From the IMG/VR virus record IMGVR_UViG_2974732567_000001, positions 36,199-100,198 of that record: a stretch of DNA of 64,000 bases. One strand, written 5' to 3'. The notes beneath the pieces are model-generated. The model searched no databases. It was given only the letters and a program-made list of their open reading frames with translations, and was not told where the DNA came from. Shown in pieces: positions 24,563-36,201 of the stretch. Numbering within the stretch: position 1 is the first letter of the stretch; each line of letters opens with the position of its first letter. The position numbers and the translations under genes were made by a program. The stretch comes from a virus. Lineage: Duplodnaviria; Caudoviricetes.

Positions 24563-25588
24563 ATGAAAAGATATAACAATTTATTTGACAAAATAGTAAC
24601 TTTAGATAATCTATATTTAGCAGATAAAAGAGCTAGAAGGCAAAAACAACACAGACCCGAAATAATTGAATTCGATAAGAATAGGGAGAAGTTACTCTTA
24701 GATCTTCAGAAGAAATTAATAAATGGTGAATACAGAACTTCTGAATATTACATATTTAAGATATATGAACCGAAAGAAAGAGAAATATTTAAACTTCCGT
24801 ATTATCCAGATAGAATAGTTCATCACGCAATAATGAATATAATGGAACCTATATGGGTATCTTCTTTCGTTAAAGGCACTTATAGTTGTATAAAAAATCG
24901 TGGAATACACAAAGCTTTAAAAGATGTCAAACATGCATTAAAAGATGAAGCTAACACATAGTATTGCCTTAAATTAAATGTCAGAAAATTTTATCCTTCA
25001 ATAGATCATGCAATATTAAAATAGTTGATTAGAAAGAAAATAAAAGACAAACAACTGTTAGTAATATTAGATGAAATTATAGATTCAGCAGAGGGAGTAC
25101 CTATTGGAAATTACTTATCATAGTTCTTTGCTAATCTGTATTTAACATATCTAGATCATTGGGTAAAAGAAGAAAAACACATAAAATATTACTTCAGATA
25201 CGCAGATGATATTGTAATACTTCATGGAGATAAAGACTATCTAAGACAGTTATTCAAGGATATGAAGTAGTATCTAGAAGAAAGACTTAATATCAGTTTT
25301 AAAGACAATTGGCAAATATTTAAAGTAGATGACAGAGGTATAGACTTTGTAGGATACAAGATATTTCATACTCATACTCTTTTAAGAAAACGTATTAAGA
25401 AAAACTTCTGTAAAAAGTTAAGCAAACTGAATAAGAAATAGAATCTAGATAGGCACGTTTACCAACAAAAGATATGTAGTTACATAGGTTGGATTAAATA
25501 TTGTAACGGTCGCAATTTATTTAATAAAATGACTAAACATAAAGAGCTATTGCAATACATATCTAAGAATAAAAAGAGGAAAACCTAA
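24563..25588 (+). CDS. DGR reverse transcriptase, 341 aa (code 15); motif-A Asp replaced by Asn
   Basis: EPKEREI, YPDRIVHHA, YSCIKNRGIH, YCLKLNVRKFYPSIDH, GVPIGNYLS(Q)FFAN, YFRYADD (25199-25210), GIDFVGY; five in-frame TAGs. Confidence 0.95.
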
Positions 25589-25634
25589 ACAAGTAACTTA
25601 CGTTTTAAAAGTATATCTCAGATAAAATTGTCAT

Positions 25635-25664
25635 CCCTGTCAGAGCAATCTCTCAGGGTTTTTT
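25635..25664 (+). terminator. Intrinsic terminator-like hairpin after RT
   Basis: CCCTG..AGAG-CAAT-CTCT-CAGGG followed by T6. Confidence 0.65.
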
Positions 25665-25682
25665 ACTTTCAAATTACTTGCT

Positions 25683-26213
25683 ATGATTTACAATGTAGGA
25701 GATTCAATTATGACTTTGTTCAAAAGTATATTTAGTAGCGCAGGAAGATTCGCCAGCAGTTGCTTTGCTGGAATAACATCTTTCTTAGCACCAGTTTAGG
25801 TAGCTATAATTGCAGCGACTAGTTTTATACTGATAGATGTCATATTAGGATACAAGGTATCAAGAAAATACGGACATAAACACGTTGAGTCTTATAAACT
25901 ATGGAAGACTATTAATAAGATGTTTGAAGCAGCTCTATTAATAGTAGGCGCATACATAATAGATACTCATATCGTGATTTCATTAGATTTGCATGCTGTA
26001 GAGTTTGTATCCGGTATGATATGTGGAACAGAATTCATATCTTGGCTAGAATCAATGAAGGATTTACATCCGAATTGCAAAGTATGTAAAGTATTAGACA
26101 AAGTACTCGGCAAGGTTATCAAAGCTAAAGGTGAAAAGTATCTAGGAGTAGATTTAGATATAAATGATTTTAAACCAAATAACAATGATAACAGCAATAA
26201 TATCAGTAGTTAA
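25683..26213 (+). CDS. Phage holin (holin_4_1-like), 176 aa (code 15)
   Basis: Hydrophobic segments; FILIDVILG, ESYKLWKTINK, EFISWLES; one TAG near codon 39; second ATG at 25710. Confidence 0.75.
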
Positions 26214-26823
26214 CTGGCTTGCAAAGAATTTCAAAGCACTTACCATAGGTTTCATATGTATTCTCTCGGTAAGTGCTTTTTTTATGTACAAGCAGCTACA
26301 AAAGAAGGACAAAGAAATAGCTAGACTATCCAACAACAGTGAATATTATTAGTCATTATTTGACTAGAGTAGTGATGAAAATAGAACATTACAACTAACT
26401 ATATCTGATCTCAATACTAGTAGAGATAGTATAGTACAACAATTGAATGAAACTAAAAAGAAATTAAAAGTCAAAGATAAGAATCTGGTATAGGCACAGG
26501 TAATCAATACCGAAGTTAAAGATTCCGTTAAAACAATAATTAAAACCAAAGAAGTTGACTTTACTTAGGAATTAAAATTAAACAATTTAACAACTATCAT
26601 AGTAAGTAGAAAAGACTCAATCTTAACAGCCACATTAGATTTGAAAAACTAGCAAACGCTGTTTGTAGAAGAAAAGAAAGAATATCGTAATAAGTATAAG
26701 ACGTGGCTAGCCAGATTCTTTCACTTTGACTTCAAAAAAGATGTTCACAGAAAATATACGATTAACAATTCTAACAAACTTATCAAAGTAACAGATACTA
26801 GAATAATAGAGATTAGTAAATAA
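26185..26823 (+). CDS. Spanin-like membrane-anchored coiled-coil protein, 212 aa (code 15)
   Basis: N-terminal TM helix, coiled coil, beta-rich tail; directly follows the holin; five TAGs. Confidence 0.6.
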
Positions 26824-26853
26824 AATCAATCTATAATATTAATCAATAATAAT

Positions 26854-27369
26854 ATGCATAGAATAATCCGTACAAAGGCTTATGAAGCTAAACATGGTCC
26901 TCACTTTGATGAAGAACATGCCCGTAAAGCTGTAAGTAAGATGGAAAACGAAGACGGATCTAGAGGCCAACATTGGTCTGTAGAAGAAACCTCTGCTCTT
27001 GCAAATCAATATGGGATTCGCTTTGATAGCAAATTCAATAAGTATGATTGGTATGTTGCATTAAATATGGTTTACTCTGATTACTACAAAGTAATTGTTA
27101 ACATGACCGGTTCTAATAACTCTAAGTATTTTGTGGAGTTAGCTAAAGCTTGGTTGAATGACAAAGACATTGATGAAGGTAAAATGTGGTACTATTATAT
27201 TTATGTAATGTGCGATAAGCTGAGAGATGCAGAAGAAGAATACTTCGATAGAAACTACAGCAAATATGAAGATGAAGATGATGACGATGACGAACCTTAT
27301 GGAACTTACCGTCATAGTAGTTTCCAATGCCTAACTAGAATAGAAAGAAGTTAGTAGACATAGTTATAA
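26854..27369 (+). CDS. Conserved Bacteroidetes-phage hypothetical protein, C-terminus probably truncated
   Basis: HGPHFDEEHARKAV..M.N, HWSVEET, NMVYSDYY; acidic tail, then abrupt change after ~27320. Confidence 0.7.
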
Positions 27370-27743
27370 GTTGTGGTGGTGAACAAAAGAAGTTAACAGT
27401 AGAGGAAGGCAAATCATTAATTAATGATACTCAACTAGGTCTTACTGTAGCTACAGACAAACAACATATAGTTAATATGGTTAAATCTAGTTACAATGAA
27501 TACAAAGCGAAAAAAGAAGCTGTTGCTAGATATGACGAAGAAATGACTAAATGTGAAGCTATACTTAAGTAGTTAGATTATACAGAGAAAGAGCCTGAAA
27601 AGGAAGATCCTAGAATATAGGAATTACAAGATTAGATTAGAGAACTTAAAGATTTAATAAAACAGGCAAGTAATATGGTTCCACCTTAGATGAAATAGAT
27701 GTTACCATAGAATATGCAGAAAGCAATGAATGAGGCTAGTTAA
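27327..27743 (+). CDS. Coiled-coil hypothetical protein, probably N-terminally truncated (code 15)
   Basis: Open with TAG=Gln to TAA 27741-27743; frame extends upstream as (Q)(Q)FPMPN. Confidence 0.6.
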
Positions 27744-27760
27744 CACTAGCCTTTTTTTAT
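27733..27760 (+). terminator. Intrinsic terminator
   Basis: AGGCTAGT-TAAC-ACTAGCCT followed by a T-run. Confidence 0.85.
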
Positions 27761-27876
27761 TTTAAGCCTTTTAGACAAACGCTATTATATTACTTGACCA
27801 ATTGTACTATTAAACCCATAAAGTGGCTTAGAACTCATCTAAATACGTTATAAAGATATTTAATAAATAATGCATT

Positions 27877-28539
27877 ATGAAATTAAACACACTGAATACT
27901 ATTATTGATGATATTCTACTTGAATTGCGCAATAGTTCTGTAGCGGAATCAGAACATATAAGTAGGATATAGATTGAGCAATGGATTCATAATTATAGAG
28001 CTGTACTTATCAAGTAGGATATAGACAAAGGAAGGGATATAAATCCTATGTACGTCTAGACTATCCCTTGTGTACATATTGATAAGACAGATAGTGTAGC
28101 TGGTCACACAGAATATAAAAGCGACATAGAACTTCCAAAGCTCATAGACTTTCATTTCAGAACAGGTTTGGTATATGTTAAAGACATGTATGGTAACTTA
28201 ATACAGTTAGGAAATGAAACTAAAATGAAATATCAAAAGTACAGAAAATATACATGCGGAGACTATATAGCGTATATTAAGAATAACAGATTATACGTAG
28301 AAGATCCTGGTAATACTCATTAGTTAGAATGGGTTGAAATAGGAGTAATAGCCGAGAACCCTGCTGATATAAATGAATGTTTTGACCCGGATGATTCTTA
28401 TCCTGCTCCTGCTCATATGATACCAGTTATTAAAGATATGATATTTACTAAAGAGTTAAATATCATGCATCAAATGCCATCAGATGAGACCAATAATTCT
28501 AGAGATGATATGTAGAACCTTAATGTTAAGTAGCAATGA
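27877..28539 (+). CDS. crAss tail ring/structural protein, 220 aa (code 15; absent from the track)
   Basis: TLNTIIDDILLELRNS...IEQWIHNYRAVLIKQ...ENP..INEC.DPDDSYP; ATGA coupling; synteny. Confidence 0.75.
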
Positions 28540-28979
28540 AAAAATCGTATACTGTAATAGACTTCTATGAGTTCTACTTATCCTACATCGAAAGAGATAC
28601 TGTATACGATGTTGAGTACAAAGTGTACCGACAGATAGTTGAGGATTACTTTAGATATATCGTAGAAGAAGTAATGGAAAAAAGTAGAGAATTTAAACTA
28701 CCCTGTAGATTGGGAAATCTAAGTATAGTGAAAAGGTAGCCTAAAAATTTTGATAATAAAAGTCTTAGAATAGACTATCATGAAAGTAAGATACAAGGCA
28801 AACCGGTATATTTTATAAATGAGCATAGTAATTACTATAAGTTTAGGTTTCTCTGGAGTAAAAAAGATTGCTTACTGATTAATAAAACAAGATATTAGTT
28901 CGTAGCATCAAGAGCTAATAAACGTAAATTAGCTTAGATAATTAAGAATAAAGAACATGATTATATGACAATCAAATAA
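28536..28979 (+). CDS. IHF/HU-like protein of crAss-like phages, 147 aa (code 15)
   Basis: FKLPCRLGNLSIVKR, basic composition, position before the tail tubular gene. Confidence 0.7.
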
Positions 28980-28983
28980 GGTT

Positions 28984-29892
28984 ATGATAGATAATAAGTT
29001 AATTAGTTCAAAGGCTGTGTTAGCTAAAATCATAGCCGACTTAGATCTCAAAGAAGATGAAATAAGAATAACTGATGTACGAGAATGGATTGGAGAAGCT
29101 ATGGAAAAGATTGGAGCAGTACAACAGTTAGAACATAAGGTTGAAAATATTAGAGTAGAGAATTATCAAGCTAAATTACCTTGTGATTTATATAGATTAA
29201 ATCAAGTAGCTTTCTCATTTGAGAATGGTTGTGGTTGGTTACCTATGAGAAAAGTAACTAACTCTTTTGGTATATACAAGAAATGTGGTCAATGCGATCC
29301 TAAAATGTTAATACAAGATGATGCATTGATACCTTTAGTAAAAAATATATTTAATCTAGATAGCGATAAAGAAGCCATTGATGTACTTAATGAAGACAAA
29401 AATGTTAAACAAACCTTGAGTGCTTTAGTAAATCAATATACTATACCTAGTAATAATGGTAGACTGATAATAGGTAACCCTGCTACATTTAATGTAGGAT
29501 TACAATACTCTACTAAACCTGGTTATATTAATATAAATGTACCGTGTGGTTGGGTGAAAATATCATATCACGCAATAATAACAGATGAAGATAGTATGCC
29601 AATGATACCTGATCTTCCATCTTATTTTGAAGCTATATTTTGGTATGTAGCCATGAAGATGTCTTATCCTAAATATTTGAAAGGACAGCTTAGTTAGAAT
29701 ATATACTACGATATGCGAAACTCTTGGAACTTCTATCGTAAACAAGCTTACGCAGAAGCTATGATGCCTACTGTAGATGAATTAGAAACTATTAAAAATG
29801 TTTGGCATAAGCCTTATACTGAAATGAGAGATCATGATACTTTCTTTGAAACTACAGGTGATGAACAAATACTTTATAATTGGAATAGATGA
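28984..29892 (+). CDS. Tail tubular/ring protein (Ttub), 302 aa (code 15)
   Basis: EWIGEAMEKIG, AKLPCDL, DEDSMPMIPD..SYFEAIFWYV; precedes the muzzle gene. Confidence 0.8.
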
Positions 29893-32800
29893 TGACTAAT
29901 ACATTATAGACAAATACATTTACAGGTGGTATGAATCTCGATGTAGATGTTACCATGATACCAAATAATCAGTATAGATACGCAGAAAATGTACGCGTTA
30001 TTACTGATACTGCTGGTACTACCGGAGTATTGCAGAATGTCTAGGATACTAAAATGGTTGAGGGAGGAGACTTTATAAGTTCTGGTGAAAAAGTATTAGC
30101 TACAACTACTATTGATAAATATGGCATCATACTTACTGTAAATGGTGATAAGATATGTAAAATATACAGAGTTGAAAATTATGACAATCCTCCATTGGTA
30201 GATAGTGTAATTGTTAAGGGCAAGCTTGGTTATAATAAAGATTCTCAAGTAAAAATCTTGGCTAATTACGAATCTGCAACTGTCATAAAGATTTATATTG
30301 CCTGTCCAGATCAAGTGATAAAAACACTTAACATAATGGATGGTAGATATATGCAAACTCCTCAAGGTAATCCTCTACTAGATAGTGATGGCAATCTAAA
30401 GAATGTGAACTTGCTAGACATACAAATGTCCACATTGTTAAATGCTCCCGAAGTAATATCATTAGGAGGAGGATCTTTAACTACAGGTATAGTACAATAC
30501 GCATACCAATTGTTTAATGCTCGTGGTTCTGCTACTAATTTTTCTCCAGTTAGTAATGCAATACATCTAACTAATAGTGATGTTTCTGGAGGGTAGAAGA
30601 ATTACATGGGTAATAACAAAGACGTAAATTCAGGTAAAAGCGTAAATTTTAAAGTCAAGTTAAACGATATTCCAGAAGGACTATTTGATAACATACGACT
30701 AATAAGAATAAAGTATAATGATTATACTGAAGATCCTGTAATAGAAGTATTTCAAGAAAATGAAATAACTACTTCTACAAATGAATATACTTTTAATGAT
30801 ACCGGTGGTACAGCAATAAATACTATTACTATAGAAGAATTCAATAAGATTCAAGAAAGTACTTTTACTGCTGGTACTATAGAAGCAAAAAATAATATTC
30901 TATTTGCGGCTAACATTAAAGAATCTACCTGGAAACCGGAATATGATGCTAGGTCTTACAGATTTACAGCTAATAACAGATTGATATTAAACGGGTCTAG
31001 TTAGGATCAGAACATAGACGTATTAGTAAGTAATACTAACTTAACTACTACCTTATCTTCTATACCGCAATCGCATGATTGTATTAACCCTTTCAATAGT
31101 TAGGATCCTAGCTTTAACAATCGAGACGTATGTAAGTACCAATTTGGTACAGGAAAATTAGGGGGAACAGGTTTAAATATAGATTATGAGTTTGTTACTA
31201 CTGATATTACTCTTGATGACAATTTTACTAATACGCTTACTATAACTACTCCAGTATCTACATCTAATTAGATAAGAATTGATAGATTAGACGGAAGTAC
31301 TCTAGAAACTATATCTTTAGGTCCTAGTGGAATCAATAGATTTAAAAATTACGCGGATCCATACTTTGCATCTAAATATAAAGGATATCACAGAGATGAA
31401 GTATATCGTTTCGGTATTGTGTTCTTTAATGATAGAAATGTGGCTACTCCTGTATATTGGATTGGTGATATTAAATTTCCACATTGCTGGGAGGCGTGTC
31501 CTTGGTACGTACAAGATTTAACTCTATATGGTAAAGCTATAGGTGTTAACTTTAAGATAAAGAATTATCCAGATGGTGCAAAAGCATATTAGATAGTAAG
31601 ATGTAAAAGAACTAAAGAGGATAGAACGATTCTTACACAAGCGTTATTATCAGGCACAGTATCATATCCGTATCATTCTGTAAGAAATGCAGATTATGAT
31701 ATAGCGTCTGAGAATACCAGAAGACCTTATACATTCTTAGGTAATAGTTGGCAGAAGATAGGTCAAATACCAAGTTCAATACTAAGTGGAGTAAATTATC
31801 AGTGGTTAGTAAATGAAAGAGTGGATAACTATATATCTACTTTAATTAGTCCTGAAATAGATGCCAATCAAGATGATATGGCTAAAAGTATTAAAGGATG
31901 TAGAGCAGATATGTGTTTGAAATTGGATCCAAGAACTAACTACAAAGCTGTATTACCTAGTATTTATCAAGCTACAGCTTATGGGTACTATGTTAGATCT
32001 AATAGAACTTAGGTAGTAGATGATGGAATAGCAATCACGAACGAATATACTACACAAAGTGGTTAGACAGGATCTATTGCTAGTTCTCCCTTAGAATCTA
32101 CAAATGATATATTCATAGTAGCAGATGGCGCTGAATATACTGGTATAACCAATGTAATAGGTAAAAGATACATTGCTCATTATACTGGATTTAATACTAC
32201 TAGAGGTAAATTCGATATTAATGAATCAGTTAGCCCTGTTATAATGGAAAACTTCTCTTGGCCGGATGCTGCATCAAAACATTCTTCTATCTCTGGTAGA
32301 ACATATCTTAATGCTTCTGTAAGTCACAATGGTAGACAAGATAATGAAGAAGTATATAATAAAACAGGTTACTTTGGAAATTGCGTTGTCGTTACTAGAG
32401 ACAATAACAATATTGGAGTATAGTAGAACATAAATATAGACAGAGCAGGTGAAGAACCTATGACTCCTAGAGTATCTGGAGTAATTGCAGATCTTATTAG
32501 AGAATTTAATTATACACAGTTTACTACTCCTATAGTAAACATAAAAACAGATAACATTCCTTATAGTGGCAACACATACAGTGCACGTAGTAATTCTACC
32601 TATGTGAGTACTTATACTTACCATAATGTGTCTGACAGTAGTGTAACTGTATTTGGAGGTGATACTTACTTAGGTGTATTAGATCATAAAACAGTAATGT
32701 ATATTCCACAATTTTGGGGTGGTACCGAAAGTCCAGATATAAACTGTGGAGTATCTGTATCTGATTATATTCCTTTTGAAACTACTATAAATTTAGCATT

Positions 32801-34004
32801 ATTATATGGTAGCTCTGCATCAAGAATGTCTTCAGATGATCTTGATTATGTAGATCCATACTTGTCATTGACCATAGCTGGAGCTTCTTATGGTGGGCAT
32901 ACATAGTCTAAACCATACTTTGCTTATAATGACGCTTACTCTAGACAACCAGATGCTCAACTATATGTAACAGATTCTAATTATTCTATTAGTAATCTAT
33001 AGTCTGGAAATAGAATAAGATATTCTGGTACTAAGACTGCTAATGAAATATCAGATAGTTGGACATCATTTAAAGCTGCTGATTATCTAGATGTAGATTC
33101 TTCTCATGGAGATATAACTAATCTAAAATAGTTTAACAACTAGTTACTATTTTGGTAGAAGGATGCAGTAGGAGTAGCATCTGTTAATGATAGATCACTT
33201 ATAACTGATAATAATCAAGCTCCTCTTGTATTAGGTACTGGTGGAGTTCTAGATAGATATGATTATCTCACCACTTCTAATGGATCCGATAAATCAAATG
33301 ACAAGAGTATTGTTGGTACTCCTAATGGTTTGTACTGGTATGATGATAATAAGAATGAGATATGTTCATATGGCAATGGAATATAGAAGTTATCTAAAGT
33401 TAAAAGTGTTCAATCTTGGTTGAATACAGATAAACAAAAAGCTAAAGTAAGTATATATGACCCTAAATTTAATGAAGTACAGATCGGATTTGAAGATAAG
33501 GTTCTTACTTATGATGAACAAATTTAGTAGTTTTCTTCATTCAGAACATTTAATCCTGATGATTATCTGTCTTTTCCAGATAAGCTCTTGTATATCAAGG
33601 ACTAGATAATAAAAGAAAATGCAAATTTTCCGTTAAATGAAATGAAATCTAGGTTACAATTTGTAGTAAATAAAGATCCTTTACTTACTAAGACATTTGA
33701 TAATGTGTTCTTCAGTGGTGAATTCAAGGATGTTAGAAAGATGATTCAAGCCATTAAGTTTACTACAAAGACCCAAGAGAGTACAATATTTAAAGATAAT
33801 ACAGAAATAAATAATCCAATAGAACAGAGAGAAGATACATTCAGATTCGCTGTTGGCAGGGAGAAAAATCCAGTAGATGATATGTCTTTACCCAGTAGAA
33901 TGAAAGGTAAATATATGATATGTGATTATATATTTAATTGTAATGACTAGCATGATTTCAAACTCCCTAATATGAATACAACATATAGATATTCAATGGT
34001 ATGA
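29889..34004 (+). CDS. Tail stabilization/muzzle protein (Tstab), 1371 aa (code 15)
   Basis: NTFTGGMNLD, KGYHRDEVYRFGIVF, FGGDTYL, LGTGGVLDRYDY, SRMKGKYM. Confidence 0.85.
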
Positions 34005-36199
34005 AAAAGATAAGTAAAAGAAATAAATATGTAGGCGGAGGGATGACTCCTTATATGCGAACTGATTTCAATTCTCAGTTGCCCACACAATTAACCGCTC
34101 CATATTCTGTATAGCAATATGCTCCAGGTAATGCCAAACCTACTAGTTCAGCAAATTTCTTGCAATCAAGTAATTTTGCGAACATGATGGGTGGTTCTAG
34201 TAGTGGCGGAGGTATGGCAGGAATAGGTCAAGCTGGTGATGCTATTAATTCTATGATTAGTAATGTAACAGGACCAGCTACTGCTTCTACAGTAAGTGAA
34301 TCCAGAATGCAAACAGCAATGGGCACTATCAGTGGTACAGCCAAAGGTGCTGCTGCTGGTTTTGCAGTAGGTGGACCGGTTGGTGCTATAGTTGGTGGTG
34401 TAGCAGGTTTAGCTTCTGGTATTGCTGGAAAAAAAGGATCTGTCGCTATATCTAAAAATCCATATGATGATACTGTTGATATTAAATACGGAACAGGTAT
34501 CAGAGGAGGAGCTAGAAATAGAAGAAAATTACGTCGTCAGGCTGAACAGGCGCAAGCTAATGCTAGAAGTAATCAAGCTAGCTTACAAATGGGAAGTATG
34601 AATGAATAGGAATTTTATGAGGATTATGATAATGATATATAGACAATGGCACAAGGTGGTATGACAAGTAGTCTTGCATATGTAGATGACGGAGAGTTAC
34701 TTAATACTCCACAAGGAATCATCACAGAGGTACCAGAAGAAGGTAAACCTACAGATAGTAATTTGGTTAATCTGCCAGAAGGTACTAGAATACTTAGTGA
34801 TAAAAGAAAAGTACCAGGAAGTAAAGAAACATTCGCACAGATGGGTAAGAGATTAATGTCTAAAAAGAAGACAACTAGAACTGATAAATATGCAGAAAAC
34901 GCTGCAATGCTTAATGAGATGAATGATTAGGCTATTTACAATAAATTGTTTGCTATATAGGAAGGCACTAAAGTAAGTAGAAAAACCAAGAATGGAATAT
35001 AGGCAGCAGCTGGTGGTGATGTAATTACTGCAGCTAATAAGGGTAGGTATGTTAAAGTTGCAGACAGATTGTATAGACCCTGGAACTATTGGGAAGATAC
35101 ATATGACTCTACAAGGTATACTCCTAGTAAATATAATACTGTTAATACTCCTACTGCTGTGTCTAATAATCTTAATTTGAATAATGAGATTCAGAGCAGA
35201 GTTCCTGATGAACAAATAGCAACTCCAAGAAGAAATACTCCTAACTTTTTCACAAATGCCTCTTCTCTTGCTGCTAAGACATTAGCATCTGATGCTTTAG
35301 TAAATAGCGGAGAATGGAGAGGTGGAGTACCGTATTGGTTGTTGTCTGCGACAGGATCTCCTAGATCGACTAATGCAGAGTAGGCAATAACAAATGTATC
35401 AACACCTCCTGCAACAGTTACAACAGGAACTAGAAAAACTACTAAAAAGAATACTTTGATAGAACCTGTAAATAATGAGTTGGATCTTAGTGGAGAGACT
35501 ATATCAAGAGTAGGAGATGAAGTAGCTCCTTATATAGCTACAACAGGAACTACTAATACTACAGATAATTCAAGAAGTAATCCAACAGATAACAAAAACT
35601 GGTCACATAGTATAAATGATATACTTACTGATATTTCAGCGTTAGCTCCGACTATATCAAATATGTATGCAAGACCAGAACAGTTTAATGCTACACATAA
35701 TCCTTACGAATCACAAATTAGATCTACCATGGCTAATCGTAAGTTTGATATTAGTCCTGCTAAGAGAGCTATCAGAGAAAATAGATCTATAAGTAATTAC
35801 AATGCTGCTAATTATAATCCGAGTACAGGAGCTAACTTGGCTTACAGGTTGTAGAGTCAAATAGCTGCTGATAAAGCTATCGCTGATTTATATTCTACAG
35901 CTAGTAATGTTAACAATCAATATGCTGGTGAATATGCTAATACTTTAAACAGTCTCGGACAGCAAAGAGTTAATGCTACTAATATGGCTGTTGACATGAA
36001 TGCTAGAAGCAGAGCAGCTGCTAGAAATATTCAGAGAACTGCTTTAACTCAATTAAGTTAGTATGCACAAAATAAACAGTTGATGAAAAACCAGAAGAGT
36101 AGAGATATGGCTATGTTGGATATGTATGGACCGTTTCTTGAAGCTGGTTATAGTTCTAAAGATTTTGCATCATTCATGAAGAAATTTAAAAAAGGATAA
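34001..36199 (+). CDS. Virion cargo/ejection protein with Gly/Ala TM segment, 732 aa (code 15)
   Basis: GAAAGFAVGGPVGAIVGGVAGLASG; AYVDDGEL; position after muzzle. Confidence 0.75.
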
Positions 36200-36201
36200 T
36201 T

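Larger units (their letters stand above)
23065..25588 (+). mobile_element. Diversity-generating retroelement cassette (target-VR / TR / RT)
   Basis: Adenine-specific TR-VR mismatches next to an RT gene. Confidence 0.95.

Noticed and set aside
24563-25588. RT as a group II intron or retron
   Set aside because: Adjacent TR/VR pair, SQ motif and short length without maturase/endonuclease domain indicate a DGR RT
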